64,000 nucleotides of DNA from Paraspadella gotoi (lineage: Eukaryota; Animalia; Chaetognatha), in contig CM119271.1 in NCBI GenBank assembly GCA_051294375.1, forward strand, positions 2,060,677-2,124,676, in the 5' to 3' direction. The notes beneath the pieces are model-generated. The model worked only from the letters and a program-made list of their open reading frames with translations, was not told the origin of the DNA and did not search any database. The position numbers and the translations under genes are program-made. The stretch's first letter is position 1. The number at the start of each line of letters is the position of its first letter. Positions 1-19,684 of the stretch are shown piece by piece.

Positions 1-208
1 TTTTTTTCTTATTTTGATCGCTATAAAAATTTCTCAAAATTATTTGGTTTGAGTTTGAACCATTTATCAATTAAATTCTGACCGCTGACATGTTTTCTTT
101 TCTCCCAAAAAAAAAAACAGCTTCCAACCAGTCAAACGCGCCTCAAAAAAATTCTACAAACTTCATTTAACTCAACCAAAAAATATTTTCTCTTTTTTTT
201 TCTGTCAG

Positions 209-7109
<6,901 letters not shown>

Positions 7110-7114
<5 letters not shown>

Positions 7115-7408
7115 TAAAGGGGATCAGGGATATGATAAGCAGGTCGCGGATGTGATAAAAAGGGAATCAGGCATGTGGTAAGAAGGTATTCAGGGATGTG
7201 ATAAGAACAGGATCAGGGATGTGATAAAAAGTTAAACAGGGATGTGGTAAGAAGGGAATCAGGGATGTGATAAAAAGGGAATCAGGGATGTGGTAAGAAG
7301 GGATTCAGGGACGTGATAAGAACAGGATCAGGGATGTGATAAGACGGGAATCAGGGATGTGCAAAGAAGGGAATCAGGGATGTGATAAGAAAGGGATCAG
7401 GGATGTGA
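7110..7408. repeat. ~23-25 bp minisatellite (gggaatcagggatgtgataagaa) at the 3' end of the GPCR gene
   Basis: About 12 degenerate tandem units are visible. Confidence 0.9.
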
Positions 7409-8679
7409 AATAAAGGCGGAATCGGATTAAATTTAGTTCAATCGAAATCATTGAGAGAAATAGCATACGACAGAACAAAAAATCAACTGTTATATAAAAA
7501 TGTTTCTATTACTTTATTATATACTTCATTTTATAAATAAAAAAATGCTGTGAATAAAACATTGCGCTGTATCGACTACATTAAGATGAGATTCTACTCG
7601 TTCCCGATATCATTCCAAATTATTTTTGTGTCGAATAAAAGAATTTGTTAAAACGTCTGAAAATTTATTGTAATAATGGTTAGTCTTAGCGTTTAATGAT
7701 TAAGCCCAAATTTCATATTTTTTCGTTGATTCAAATAATTTCAAAAATCTGATTTGACGACTGTTCTTCCGCCAGAAGTGTAGACAACTGTACTCATAAG
7801 ACATAACAAACTTGAATGCATATATTAGTGGTCCATTTCCTGCGATGATATATACATATTAAAAAAAAATAATTTGAACTACCACCAACAGTGTGATAAG
7901 ATGTAGATTTGTTTTTGTTTTCAAATCTGACGGAGAGAGGGAGCTTGAGAGCGCTTTTTTTCGGGACAGAACAAAAAGTCAAAACCTTCCAAATCCTTCA
8001 AAGAACAAAAATTAATCATAAAGTTAACGAACGTGTTGACTGATGAATTACATTTGTAAGTGAGGAAATTATAATACTAGAAGTTTACCCATACCCCATG
8101 TATGTCATGGTCTTCAACGATATTTCGATACTGTCCCTGAGGCTGAACTCAGAACTGACAGTCAGGGGATGACAGGTGAGTACCTAGTATTTTATAAATT
8201 ATATTGTAGTATTATAAATAATATTATTGTATTATAAATTTAAATATATTTTTTTATAAAATATGTATAACACAAAACTGTATATTTTAATTAATAAGTT
8301 AAGGATTTTGCTATGTTATCGGCCATAGACATAGCTCACATAACTAATCGAGAGCAGAATGAAATTTGCGCAAACAAAATGCTCAAGTCTCAATTATTTG
8401 TTTTCGATTTTAGGTTTTCAAATGACAATTTATTTCTAGGATCATTTTGTCTCAGTCTACAACGAAAAAGAGGAGCCCATATTTTCTCAAACTTCATTTG
8501 TTTACCATTTTAAATTGTAAAACTAAAACAATCCATTTATTTTTCAAGTTCAATAGTCCATAATAGACACGATTTTCTTTAAAGGTTGAACTTTGATATT
8601 AAAAGTTTTAACACATTCTGACAATAACTTCATACAACCTTTCAGCCGAATCGCACGCAAATCAAGTTGACCAACGAAT

Positions 8680-11198
8680 ATGAAAAATATCAAATGTATC
8701 TCTTTATATTTAATTTTGAGTCTTGTCATTTTGTTGGTCTTTCAACTTCTATCGCGGATGACCAACCCCTTTCACGGCGCAATATGGGGCGTGACGGAAC
8801 GTGCTCGTCCCAAGCTCATCCTGGTTTGGGAGCCCAACTTTGCCAAGGAGCCCTATGGGTTGAGGATGGGCACGCGAACTTTTGTCGACGCCGGATGCTC
8901 AATCCTCAACTGCGAGACGACGACGGACCGGAGCCGATTCCACGAGGTCGACGCCGTCTGGTTTCACATGTATCGACGTCTGGGAAAAATACATTAGTCT
9001 AGGGGTCCGATAACTCCTGCGTCATGATTAAAAATGAGCTTAAAATGCCCGTGAAAGATGGAGCACAGGTAGGTTTGTTGCCCATAAGGTTTTGGAGTAC
9101 TTCCAGGATAAAAGAGTTAAATATCAACTTTGATCAAACATTGCCGGATCTGCCCACGATCATTAGCGGTAACTAATAAATTAATTAACTAATTATTTAT
9201 TCAAAAATTAATTATTTGAATATTTAATAAAATAATTAATTAGTTTCGGCATTGTTTGCTCGGACTTGTTTTCAGGTATTTTCGTCACAGACCACAACAA
9301 AAGCGAAGACGACGATGATGACAAAAACACCAACGACAATTGATTGATTGATTTATTGATGTATTAACTGATTAATTGATTAATATATTGTTTGCTTGAT
9401 TGAGAGACGGATTGATTGATTTATTGATAAATTAATTTATTGATTATTTGAATGATTAATTAATTAATTCAGCTTGCATTTACATTTAATATCAAAAGAA
9501 AAAAGCATAACCAATTATTGTATAGGTTTTTTTGTTTTTTTCCATTTAAACTTATTTTCACCCGGAGGATTCCATCGAAACTTGGTTTTCAGTTTATTCA
9601 CACACTTTTCTACCAACATACAAAATTTCAAGTCAATCGCCCCATCCACAGTAATTAGCCTTCAAAGCTAAGGGGGGACGGACGGATGGACAGACAGACA
9701 GACAGATGGATGGACGGACATAATTTTATTGAATGATTTATCATAATTTAACGTTCTCACATGATTTAAGTGTTAAAAGTTAAAAAGTTAAAAACTGAGA
9801 AATTAACAAAGAATTATATTAAGAAAAATCTAATTATATCAAATATTAAAGTAAGAGATTAAGTAAAAGAGAACTAAAGTTAAATTTTAAGAAATAAAGA
9901 ACTCAAAATTAGAGCTCTTTCTTTATATTAAAATTTCACTTTATTTATCTTTTACTTAATTCTCTTACCCATATTTCCATTTAAATTTCATTGTTTTTAA
10001 CTTTTAAAATTTTAAATGTTATTTGCAATTGTTAATTGCAAAATGTAATTCTTTGACCTAAAATTGTTATTTTTACTCTTTTCACCAAGTTATTTAAAAA
10101 AAAAAAATATTGCGGGGTAACAATTTTGAACCCGCCGCTTAAAAAAGTTGCCATTTGCAAACCCGTAAACGCTGATGAAGGCTCTAATTTGAGAGTCGAA
10201 ACATGTCGGACAAAAACTGTCTAATAAAATCCTTGTTCGTCCCAAATAAAAACTGTTTTTCCTATGGGCAACAAACCTTCCTGTGTTCCATCATCTTAAG
10301 TCATTATGTTTAAATACACTCATTTCGCATCATGACGCAAGAGCTATCAGACCCCTCCACTAACGTAGCTTTTCCCAGGCGCCACCTCTACAACAGCCGG
10401 GGATTTAAAAACGGTTCTATCGTCGAAGGCTACGACATGCCAACTACCAAGCCGCTCCACCAACGATGGGTCTATTACATGCAGGAGTCGCCAATTTACA
10501 CAAACCCGCCGATGCATCTTTTTAGCAATATCTTCAATTGGACCATGACTTACAAAAAGGGCAGCGATTTTTGGGTTCCTCACGGAATTAGCGTCTTGAA
10601 GACTGATAGCGAACGCCTCAAATCACGTCAAACGGAGATCAACTACGCGGCGAAGAAGACCAAACTTGTGGCGTGGTTCGTCTCTCATTGCCATCCTCAT
10701 AGTCAACGAGAAAATTACGTGGTTCGGCTTCGTCGTTACATCAAGGTCGATATTTACGGCTTCTGCGGACGCCTGAAATGTCCGAAGACGATTCAATACG
10801 GGTCCGACGCCTGTTACGAAATGCTCACCAGAGACTACAAGTTTTATCTGGCCTTTGAAAACGCCATCTGTCGCGACTACGCCTCCTGCAAATACTGGAC
10901 GATGCTGCAGAACTCGACGGCTGTGCCCGTGGTGAGAGGCGGGGCTGACTACGATACCGACGGGCCGCCGAAATCTTTCATCGATGCCAACGCTCTTACT
11001 CCGAAGGAATTGGCGCAGAAGCTTAAGACGATCGCTGCCAACGACGCTCTCTATAATTCGTACCACGCGTGGAGAAAGGACTACCATGTTTACGGGAGTT
11101 GGAGCTGGAACGTGGGCCAAGGATTTTGTCAAATGTGCGCCGCGTTGAACGACGAAAGTCTCCCGAGAAAGACTTATCCTGACTTGGGGAAGTTTTAG
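8680..11198 (+). CDS. Alpha-1,3-fucosyltransferase (GT10), 2 exons (8680-8969, 10379-11198); may be degenerate
   Basis: N-terminal TM anchor, C-x4-C-x-TT-DR and DAVWFH; splice CACAT|gt...ag|GCGC gives WFHMRHL; QESP, FNWTMTY, KLVAWFVSHC, VDIYGFCG, YKFYLAFENAICRDY. Confidence 0.9.
8992..10365. mobile_element. Non-autonomous TA-flanked DNA transposon (Tc1/mariner-like) with ~100-bp imperfect TIRs, filling the FUT intron
   Basis: ta|cattagtctaggggtccgataactcctgcgtcatgat...caggtaggtttgttgccca (8990-9085) is the reverse complement of tgggcaacaaaccttcctg...atcatgacgcaagagctatcagacccctccactaacg|ta (10264-10367). No transposase ORF seen. Confidence 0.8.
10165..10215 (+). ncRNA. Penelope-type minimal type I hammerhead ribozyme motif, probably decayed
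   Basis: CTGATGA (10172) A GGCTCT-aatttg-AGAGTC GAAAC AT GTC (cleavage triplet 10205-10207); palindromic stem III ACATGT; AATAAA at 10223. Stem I pairing is poor. Confidence 0.65.
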
Positions 11199-11764
11199 TC
11201 GAGACAAGAGGATTGCTTGCTGAGCATAAGGCCTCAGTTGGACTGATATTTTTTCTTTGTAACTTACTTGATGTAAGTGATACGTAAATGATACGTCGTA
11301 AATTGTCCCCAGATTTAAAAAAAAAAAAAATAACCCTTTCATTTATCTCTGATTAACGAATATTAAAAAATACTTACGTATAAATACATAAATTATAATT
11401 ACAACGAAACTTGACAGTTTTACTGTGCTTTAAGGTATACTGGCAGTATCTAGCATTTTAAAACTAAGTTTATGCTTGTAAATTTTTTAAAAACGGCTTT
11501 TTTGATGTAATATCCAGTCAGCGGGAAAGTTTTCCCAAATTCATGATCATCGTAAATAAGTATATTACATTTCTTGTTCAATAATAATAATTCAATTTCT
11601 AATTACTAATTGAAGTAAATAAATTTCATAAAATTACAACAAATAGTAGCTAGTAAGGCCGACCGAAAAAGAAATTTAAGCGATTAATACTAGCTCGTGT
11701 CGCGATTACTATTTAAACTTATTCAGCAAATTAACGAATTGGAATTACATGCACTAGTAGAATG

Positions 11765-11908
11765 CTTAGTTAAATACTTATTTTCACTATGGAGAGACAG
11801 TGCATAAGAAACGAAATTTTTTTTAAATTTTTGCCATATATTTCGACTTAATTCGACTTTGTTTCTTATACACTGTCTCTCCATAGTGAAAATAAGTATT
11901 TAACTAAG
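11765..11908. mobile_element. Hairpin MITE with ~45-bp terminal inverted repeats
   Basis: cttagttaaatacttattttcactatggagagacagtgcataagaaac versus gtttcttatacactgtctctccatagtgaaaataagtatttaactaag (1 mismatch). Confidence 0.8.
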
Positions 11909-12796
11909 TGGACATTTAATTTTACGACATCAAACCCAGACATCCTTATAATTATGATTATAATGATGACGATGACGATAAGGACGATGATAATGATGAT
12001 TAGACGTTCGATGATACATATCTCTCCTCGCGCGGGTCTCAATCCGCGATCGAATTTCCTTGGGATCTGGGATCGCGCGCCGACGCCGCCGACGCACGCG
12101 AGAGACTGGGAGAAAAGATAAAAACGCCCAGGGGAAGAAGTTTTAACTTTAATTTTAAGTAAGAAAAACTGAGATAACAAAATGAAAATTTCATTGCGTT
12201 CTTCGCACGTCCTTCTTAAAAGTTATATATGCCAAGCTTAAAAATTTTGACGATCATAAAATAAATTTTTATTATTCGAGATGACTGGGTAATGGAAGGT
12301 CGTGGTAGTATTTTTTAAAAAATTAAGCAATTTTTAATCGTCTCTTGAAAAGACTTGAATTTGCGTTAAAATTCATTATCGACTCGGAAAAACTTTTTTT
12401 TCCCATTAAAACGACCGACTGGACCGTCGTAAAATCGAGAGGAAAAACTATTCATTTTAACGACATTCGGCAGAAATCATGAAAAAGTAAGCAACGATTT
12501 AACAAATAAGTAAACTAAAGAATTTTATTGTAAAATAATCAAAGGGGTTAAAGCCAAAACTTTTGAAACGCATCAATTTTGAATTAAAATTAGTACGTCA
12601 TTCAACGAGCGCGAGCTAAACCGAGAATAGCTTCAAACGGCCAGTCCGACTCCCACCCATGTCTTAATTTGACCCAATATGAATAATTAAGAATATCCAT
12701 TATCCATGAACTTCTCAGACAATCGATTGGAATAAAATAATTTTCCATATTTTTTTCGGCGCCCTTGAACCTTTTATGGTATAACGCCCTGGACAC

Positions 12797-12818
12797 GAGG
12801 AGAGAGAGAGGAGAGAGA

Positions 12819-12893
<75 letters not shown>
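12797..12893. repeat. (GA)n microsatellite
   Basis: Directly visible. Confidence 0.95.
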
Positions 12894-12896
<3 letters not shown>

Positions 12897-13339
12897 CAAT
12901 CTAATTAAATTTCCAGGCGACCTTTCCGGCTGTTGATGTTTTTATATTATTTATTCGTATTCTCTCTGGGCATCATGAAACAAAAAAAAAAAAAAAAAAA
13001 GAAAAGCTGACAACGAAATATCAAACCAAATTAATAATAATTAATAATTAATACGTGAAACTTAATGAAATAAATATATATACGTTCGAACTCTTCGACG
13101 CCAGGGCGTTCGTCCAATCGACGTTCGCGCCACTCTTCATCGGCGCTCAATTCGGCGGAACAGGGGCAGGGCAGGAACGCCGCACGACGCTCGAACCGCC
13201 CCAACGAGGTTCGCCCCGATCGTCGCCGAGGGGAACCCCCAAGGGCACGCCCAAGGGGAGCCCTAAAGGAACGCCGAAATCTTCGCCACGCCTCTTCCGC
13301 TTTCGATTGACGCCGGGCAAAGATAAGGAGAAGGATAAG

Positions 13340-16300
13340 ATGGGCTCGGCGTCGTCGTCTTCGTCCTCGACGACTCATAAGACGGGAGACGTCCGGACCA
13401 AAACTTTCGGTAGAGATAGAATACATAGACTTAGAGATAGTCTTTAAATAGAGAAATTAAGGGGAAAATAGATGCAAGTATGGTCACAATCAGGACTAAA
13501 GAATGAAGACCTGTACAGCTATCTAAATTAATATTTTCAGAAACTTAGTAATTGATAAATCACAACAGCAACTGATCTCTCCTCGTAAAATTTTTTACGT
13601 AAGTAGCAAAATGTAAAAAAAGATATAGCTTCCTCCATCACTCTATAAAATGTTTACATTTTGACCAGCTGCGGGTCAGAGACAGCCTGCGTCGGGAAAA
13701 GCATCTCCTTTCCGCACGACGGACAAAGGCTCTCGGACGGCGTCGGCGGCAAGTTCTAGAAAAAGAGGAGATGGCGCTTCGACGCCCGAGAAGGTGAGTT
13801 CCGAAAAAGGAGGTGAAACAAAAGGCCATCGATTAATCTGAACAGAGAGAAAACCAGTTTCAGTTTTTTTAAGTTCTGGAGTCGAAATTTCAGAATTTGC
13901 GAAAATTGAAGAACAACCGGAACAATTTTTTGAGGGTGTTCACTGGACACTGTCCAGTTAAACTTATGGTCTTTAATAAAATCAAAAGCATATCTTTCCT
14001 TATTTTTTCTTTTGCTTCCGTTATCTCATACTCACTTTCTCCTCTCATTCTAGTGCGCTACCATCCTTTTTTAATTTGCATCCGTTAAACGCCCGTGCTT
14101 TCCCGCTCACACCCCTACTTTCGTTTTCCGATACTGGCTCCTTCTTTCTTTTTATCTCCTTTTTCCATCAAAGCTGGCTACTTTGTCGCCCTTATGTGCG
14201 TTAGTTGAAATTGAAAGCCGATTGGACGCGCGGAATTTAAGGCTTGAGCGTTTTATCTAATAGAGTTCGGCAAGCCACGGACCGTCACGTGATCCGGCTC
14301 GCCCAAGTACTCAATTGGCGCTGGCTATGTAACAGCATTTATCGAACTATTATTTCCTAGTTATTATTAACAAAAAAAGGCAAGGCTTAATTGGATGCTG
14401 TACCGCGTTTTAATATCAACCAACTCAAATATTAGCCAGAAAATCGTCCGGCAACTCGTCCCGGCAAATCGCCCATGTCTACCCCGGCCATCGTCATTAA
14501 CGAAGTCGGGAAATCCGCGGAGAATGGAAGAGACGTTGGTGACGAGATGAAGGAGTTGGCGTTGGATGGAACGCAGCAGGTAGAGGGAGGGAGAGAGGGA
14601 GAGAGGGAGAGAGAAAAATAATTAAATCCTACTCGTTTGTATGCAGGATTCGTCCCGTTTTGACCCAATTGTCTACGGAAAGGATCGTACGAAAGAACTT
14701 GACTTTTACGCCGTCAACGTAAGATCAAATCTAAAAACCAAACGGTTTGAGTTAACTCAAAAAGGTCCAACCCCTCCAACCTCCAACCTCAGGCGCCAGC
14801 TTCTTGCCAAGATTCGGTCGAGTCACTAGCCACACATCTTTCGAAATGCCCGTCAAAGGGCGGATTGTCCGACCAAGACAAAGTCCGACTCATTTTCAGG
14901 TCGGCGCTTTTCGAAAAAAAAAATTTGCGATAAGGATTTGATTTTGAGATTGACCGGGGGTGGTCGTTTACAATTCGAAATGAGAATTGAGTAAACCATT
15001 GGATGAGCTAATTTTTTTTTAGAAAAACAATTTATTAATTATAAAAAACCTCACCCCAAATAAAACAATTCTATTGGTTAGGTCTAATCGGCTGACTTTT
15101 TAATTATTATTTGGGTTACTTTTAATAATACTTTTACTTTCGCCGACCGGAGTTAAGCAGGGGTTAGGGTTAAGGGTGGTTTCAATTTCCCCACTGGATT
15201 TAAATTTCAACTCTCAGGTGGATAACGAACAATATTTCCTACGCCGCCGAAGAAGTTTACGGCGGCGGCGGAGAGGACACCAAACCCCTCTCAACAGATC
15301 CTTCAGAGATTCTTCGGACGGGACGGAGCGCCTGTACTGGATATGCGGGCCTCTTCGATCAATTGGCAAAGTATAAATAACTAATATTGTACTTAGTAGA
15401 ATACAACATCTTACAACATGTGCTTAACCGGCAAACCCGAAGGCTGGGAAACGGGTTTTCACTGACAAAAAAAAAGGTGACGATAAAATCGTCCATCAAC
15501 CTTCAATCTCGTTTAATCTTTTTCAAATAAAGTTTATAAACCCCCTCGTTTCCGTGGGTCGAGATCTGTTTATATTTCAATGCCTTGGGGGGGGAAAAAA
15601 AAACGAGCGGAGAGCGATAGAGAGCGAGAAAACGATACTGAGAGAGATGATCGGACTCATCTCTCTGCTTGAGAGAAAATTGTAATCAAATCCTGAAACA
15701 ACAAAAAACCCGACCCGCGAGAAAACAAGGAATCCGTGAGGTGTTAATTTAAAAATTTGGAGGTGATTGAAAGGAATTAGTAAAATAAACAGTGGATGAT
15801 ATATATCTTCACTATCAATTCATCAATATTCATCAATACTTTTTATAAAATTAGGTTGATGGGCATCGAATCTCTTTCCGTTTCCGGCTACGCCAAAGGT
15901 TTTTCCTGGAAACCAGAAACAGTCTTCGTGCCCGGGGAAAAGACGGACCACGCATGGAACGCCGTCAAGCTCAAAGGAAATTGGTCAGCGGTTATTGTTT
16001 ATAGGGCGTGGTTTTAGTTGATAAAAAAATAAGCCTCTTGAAATAAAAAGGTATCTACTCGACGTGACCTGGGCCACTGGATACATCAATAAGGAGCTTA
16101 AGTTCAATTGGTTCCTCGACGAACATTATTTCTTGACGGACCCGAAAAAGTTCGTCTTTGATCATTTCCCCGTCGACGAATACAAGGAGGATTCGAGATG
16201 GTCGACCTGGCAACTCCTCGAAAGCCCCGTCTCGTTGGCGGAATACAATAAGCTACCGAAAGGTCATTAAGGTTATTGTTGTTAGCTCAGTTACCCTCTG

Positions 16301-17870
16301 AAACAACAGCTCGTTTTCTTTGACAGTAACATCGACTTTTTTCAAACTGGGCATTTCTTTGAGCGAGCTCGTCTCCAAACTGCTCGTCGAGGAAGAGGGA
16401 GCCTTCATCGTAAAATCCACTGAGCCGCTGGAATTGACGGCCCGTTTCTACGAGAAGTCATCGGAAAAAACTCACCCGAATTGCCTCTTCATGGAGCTGA
16501 AGAAGGGATACAAGTAGGGAGGTTGTTGTAGTTAACATTCTAGCTGTTCATTGTTCAGTTAACAAAATTTTTACCGAAAATTCCTCAAACTCTCAGATAC
16601 AACTGCAATTTGAGAAATCGAAATCCAGAAATAATTTCAGAAACCCGATCTTCGGCCCCTTCTCTCCACGCCCCCACTCCGCGCCCCACAGAGAAGCCCA
16701 CTTCCACGTACTCGCTCCCCACAACGGCGACTTCCTTCTCCGCATCTACGGCAAGCGACGCGGCGACGTCCTCACCAAGGACCCCGTCAACTTGCTTACT
16801 TACCTCCTACGCTGCGTCCGCTCCGCCGAAGAATCTAAGGAAGTTTCCCCGCGCCGCGTCTTTCCGACGCTCAGCGGAGCGTGGGGCGCCACGCCGGCCT
16901 TCGACGCTCTAGGACTGACGATGATCGACGACTCGGCCTGCGCGGAGACGAGAGCCGCGTCAGGTGCGGCGGAGGTGCGGCTTCGGTTGAGGCGCGACGT
17001 TGTCTTCACGCACTCGCTCGAAGCTGCCGAGGGAGTGGAGCTTCCGCCGGGGGCGGATCTGACACGGCAAGTCTTTCAACAATATGTCGACAAGGACGTG
17101 GTCGCCTTTGTCGTGCGGCCACCAGTAAGAGGATACTACAAACTCGGGATATTTGGACAAACACCGGAAAATACGAATCCCAAGTTTCCACAACTGTTGT
17201 CTGTGATGGTGAACGCGAAAGAGGTGCTGGAAAGGCACGGTGAGTCTCGCTTACTAAAAATTAAATACTCGTCAATTTTCTTTTAATTGCAATTCTTCCC
17301 TTTTAAGCATTTGATGATTTATAGATTAAAATAAAATCGAGTGCTTTTGTATGTGTGGAAAAATATCCGAGAAAAAATTTTAAAACTCCTTTTTCAGATC
17401 TAAGACCTTTTCCCGCCATCTATCAAGGATGGACAAGAGGTTGTAGACTTTTAAACCCACTAGAGGGAGTTTTGGGCTCCAAAGCCAAATATGATTGTTC
17501 CCTGATTTGTCCAGATGTTTGCGCCATCATGATTGCGACGGGTAAGTAACATTTACCAACCAAAGAAATGAAGGCAACGCTGAATGAGACAAAATTTTTC
17601 CGGTTTAGAAAATGACACTTACCTGATGGAGAGCCTCGAAGAGTCCAATTTGCCCGGCAACTACCAGGTTTGAAATAAATAGGGGGCACGGCTATTTTTA
17701 TGATTTCATGACGAGTTTAACTACCTTAGATCTCAAATCGGCGCATCGTTCAAGACATGTGGCATTGCAAATTTAAGACAGGAAGATCGGGCAGCGTCGT
17801 CGGGATCTTTGTTCAAAGAAACCCGGAAAAAGACGATTTCGTTGGTTTCTTAGAGTATAGCGTAGAGTGA
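13340..17870 (+). CDS. Kyphoscoliosis peptidase / hillarin-like transglutaminase-fold protein with C-terminal Ig-like repeats, multi-exon; start uncertain
   Basis: ILRTGRSACTGYAGLF (Cys), GYAKG, DHAWNAVKL (His), YLLDVTWATG (Asp), EHYFLTDPKKFVFDHFP, WQLLESP; Ig-like repeats VRPPVRGYYKLGIFG; ends LEYSVE-stop at 17870. Candidate start MGSASSS at 13340. Confidence 0.85.
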
Positions 17871-19684
17871 TAATAATATTAATAATAATAAATATCAAAA
17901 CTTATAAAGTTTTTTAAATAATTTTCTTTTTTTAATGATGTAAAAGTACACATATCTATATTGCTTTCGGGCCGAAAGTCTTACCCAGAAATTACTCTAA
18001 ATCAATAACATTGTATAATAAATATTTCCCTCAGGCTAAATAGTTCAAGGCAACGAATTTCTTAGTGAAGGTGAAATTATACTTGATACTTAATAGTTTA
18101 GCCACTCTTTATATGTATTATTTGATACTTTGTCAAATTGAGCTGACTTTAAAGCTATGTGAAATTGTGAATGAAATAATATTTCGCTGCATACAATCGT
18201 GATTCCAAAAAACTGAACAGTAAATTGGCAGTACATTTAAATTTTTTATTTCATTTAAAAATATTTCAACCAATTTGCGTTTGATTGGTTTTCAACGAAA
18301 TAAAATACTATTACAATCTCATATTTGCTTGGCGCGGTGCTGCTTTCATCAGTAAAGAGTTATGAGTTCAGGTATCAGTCCGCATATCTAATATTAGGAT
18401 ATGCAATTTTTTATTTGTTATTCAGGAAGGGGGAACCTGAAAAATTCTGTAACAAAAAGAAAACTAGAAAATGAGGGGTTCAATTAACTAAAAGTAGAAA
18501 ATTATAAAAAAGAATGAAAGAATCAACTATGAACTAATGCGAAAGTGTGAGATAACAAAATCATGGTTATAGCGAATAAGTCGGTAACTCATTTCAAAAT
18601 AAGAGCTGAAAAATTATGTTCATTACGATCAATTTCATTACCATGTTTTAAACTCTCCAGAAAAAAAAAATCGTGCGTTTGAAGTTCATGAAAAAATTCG
18701 GCGACGACACCAAAAAACCGTCAAAAATGGCAGTTTTTTGTTTATTACAAATACTTATATGCTATGTATATACAAATTGAAAAATATTCCATAAAATTGG
18801 CACGTATCACGAGGAACATCAAAATGGAAAAGGGATCAAAAAAGGCCAATCATGTATATAATTATACTTAAATATACTACTAAAAATATACAGAAGCAAT
18901 TAAACACATACAAGATAAGTTAAAAAATCGATTTGTCTATTACAAAAAATATTAATGAGAGCGCTTTTAAAATATAAAAACAAAATACGCAAAAACATTG
19001 GTAACAAGAGATAATACTAACTCAATACAAAAATGTTCCGTCCTAAATTTAAAAAACAGCTGTCTAAATTTTAGACAAATTCAAAGAACTTTATAGTTAA
19101 AATGAAGTATTTTTAAAATATTTTATGTTATTTTACGTAAAAAAACTGAAAAATTATTAGGGAAAAGAAAACAATTCTTAACCTTAAAAAGACTAAATGT
19201 TACATCTTAATTTTTTTCTTTGAATTGCAATATCAAGCGGGCAGGAATGCATTGAGAACCATTGAGACATCCGAGCGGGTAAAATTTAGTTTAACATTAT
19301 CGTTACCTTATAAGCTCCACCCCACATAAAAACCATTTAGTTAAATACGAAACGAGTGCTGAGTTTAATCGTTGCGAACAAGTGATTGTGAAGGCAGATG
19401 ACGAACTAACACTACGACAACATTAAATCTGACACGATTCTCCAAAGAGGGGTCGGGTCTGGGTGTGAGGGGTTTAGAGAAAGTCTAAAAACAACAGAAA
19501 GAAACTGCGTATGACTAGGAAAGATAAAAGGAGAAAATAAGGCGTCGGAACCGGTAAAAAGGGCGTAACGGAAAAGAAGTGGGCCTCAACCGGATCCCAA
19601 ATCGTGTATCTACGTGCGTATCCTGTGCACACTACTGTGGATGAACACGTGACAATAATTCCTCGCGCGAGAAGCGACGGCGCG

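Noticed and set aside
8040-8085. CTGATGA...GAAA as a hammerhead
   Set aside because: Stem II is separated from GAAA by extra bases, and there is no convincing stem I/III or cleavage triplet.
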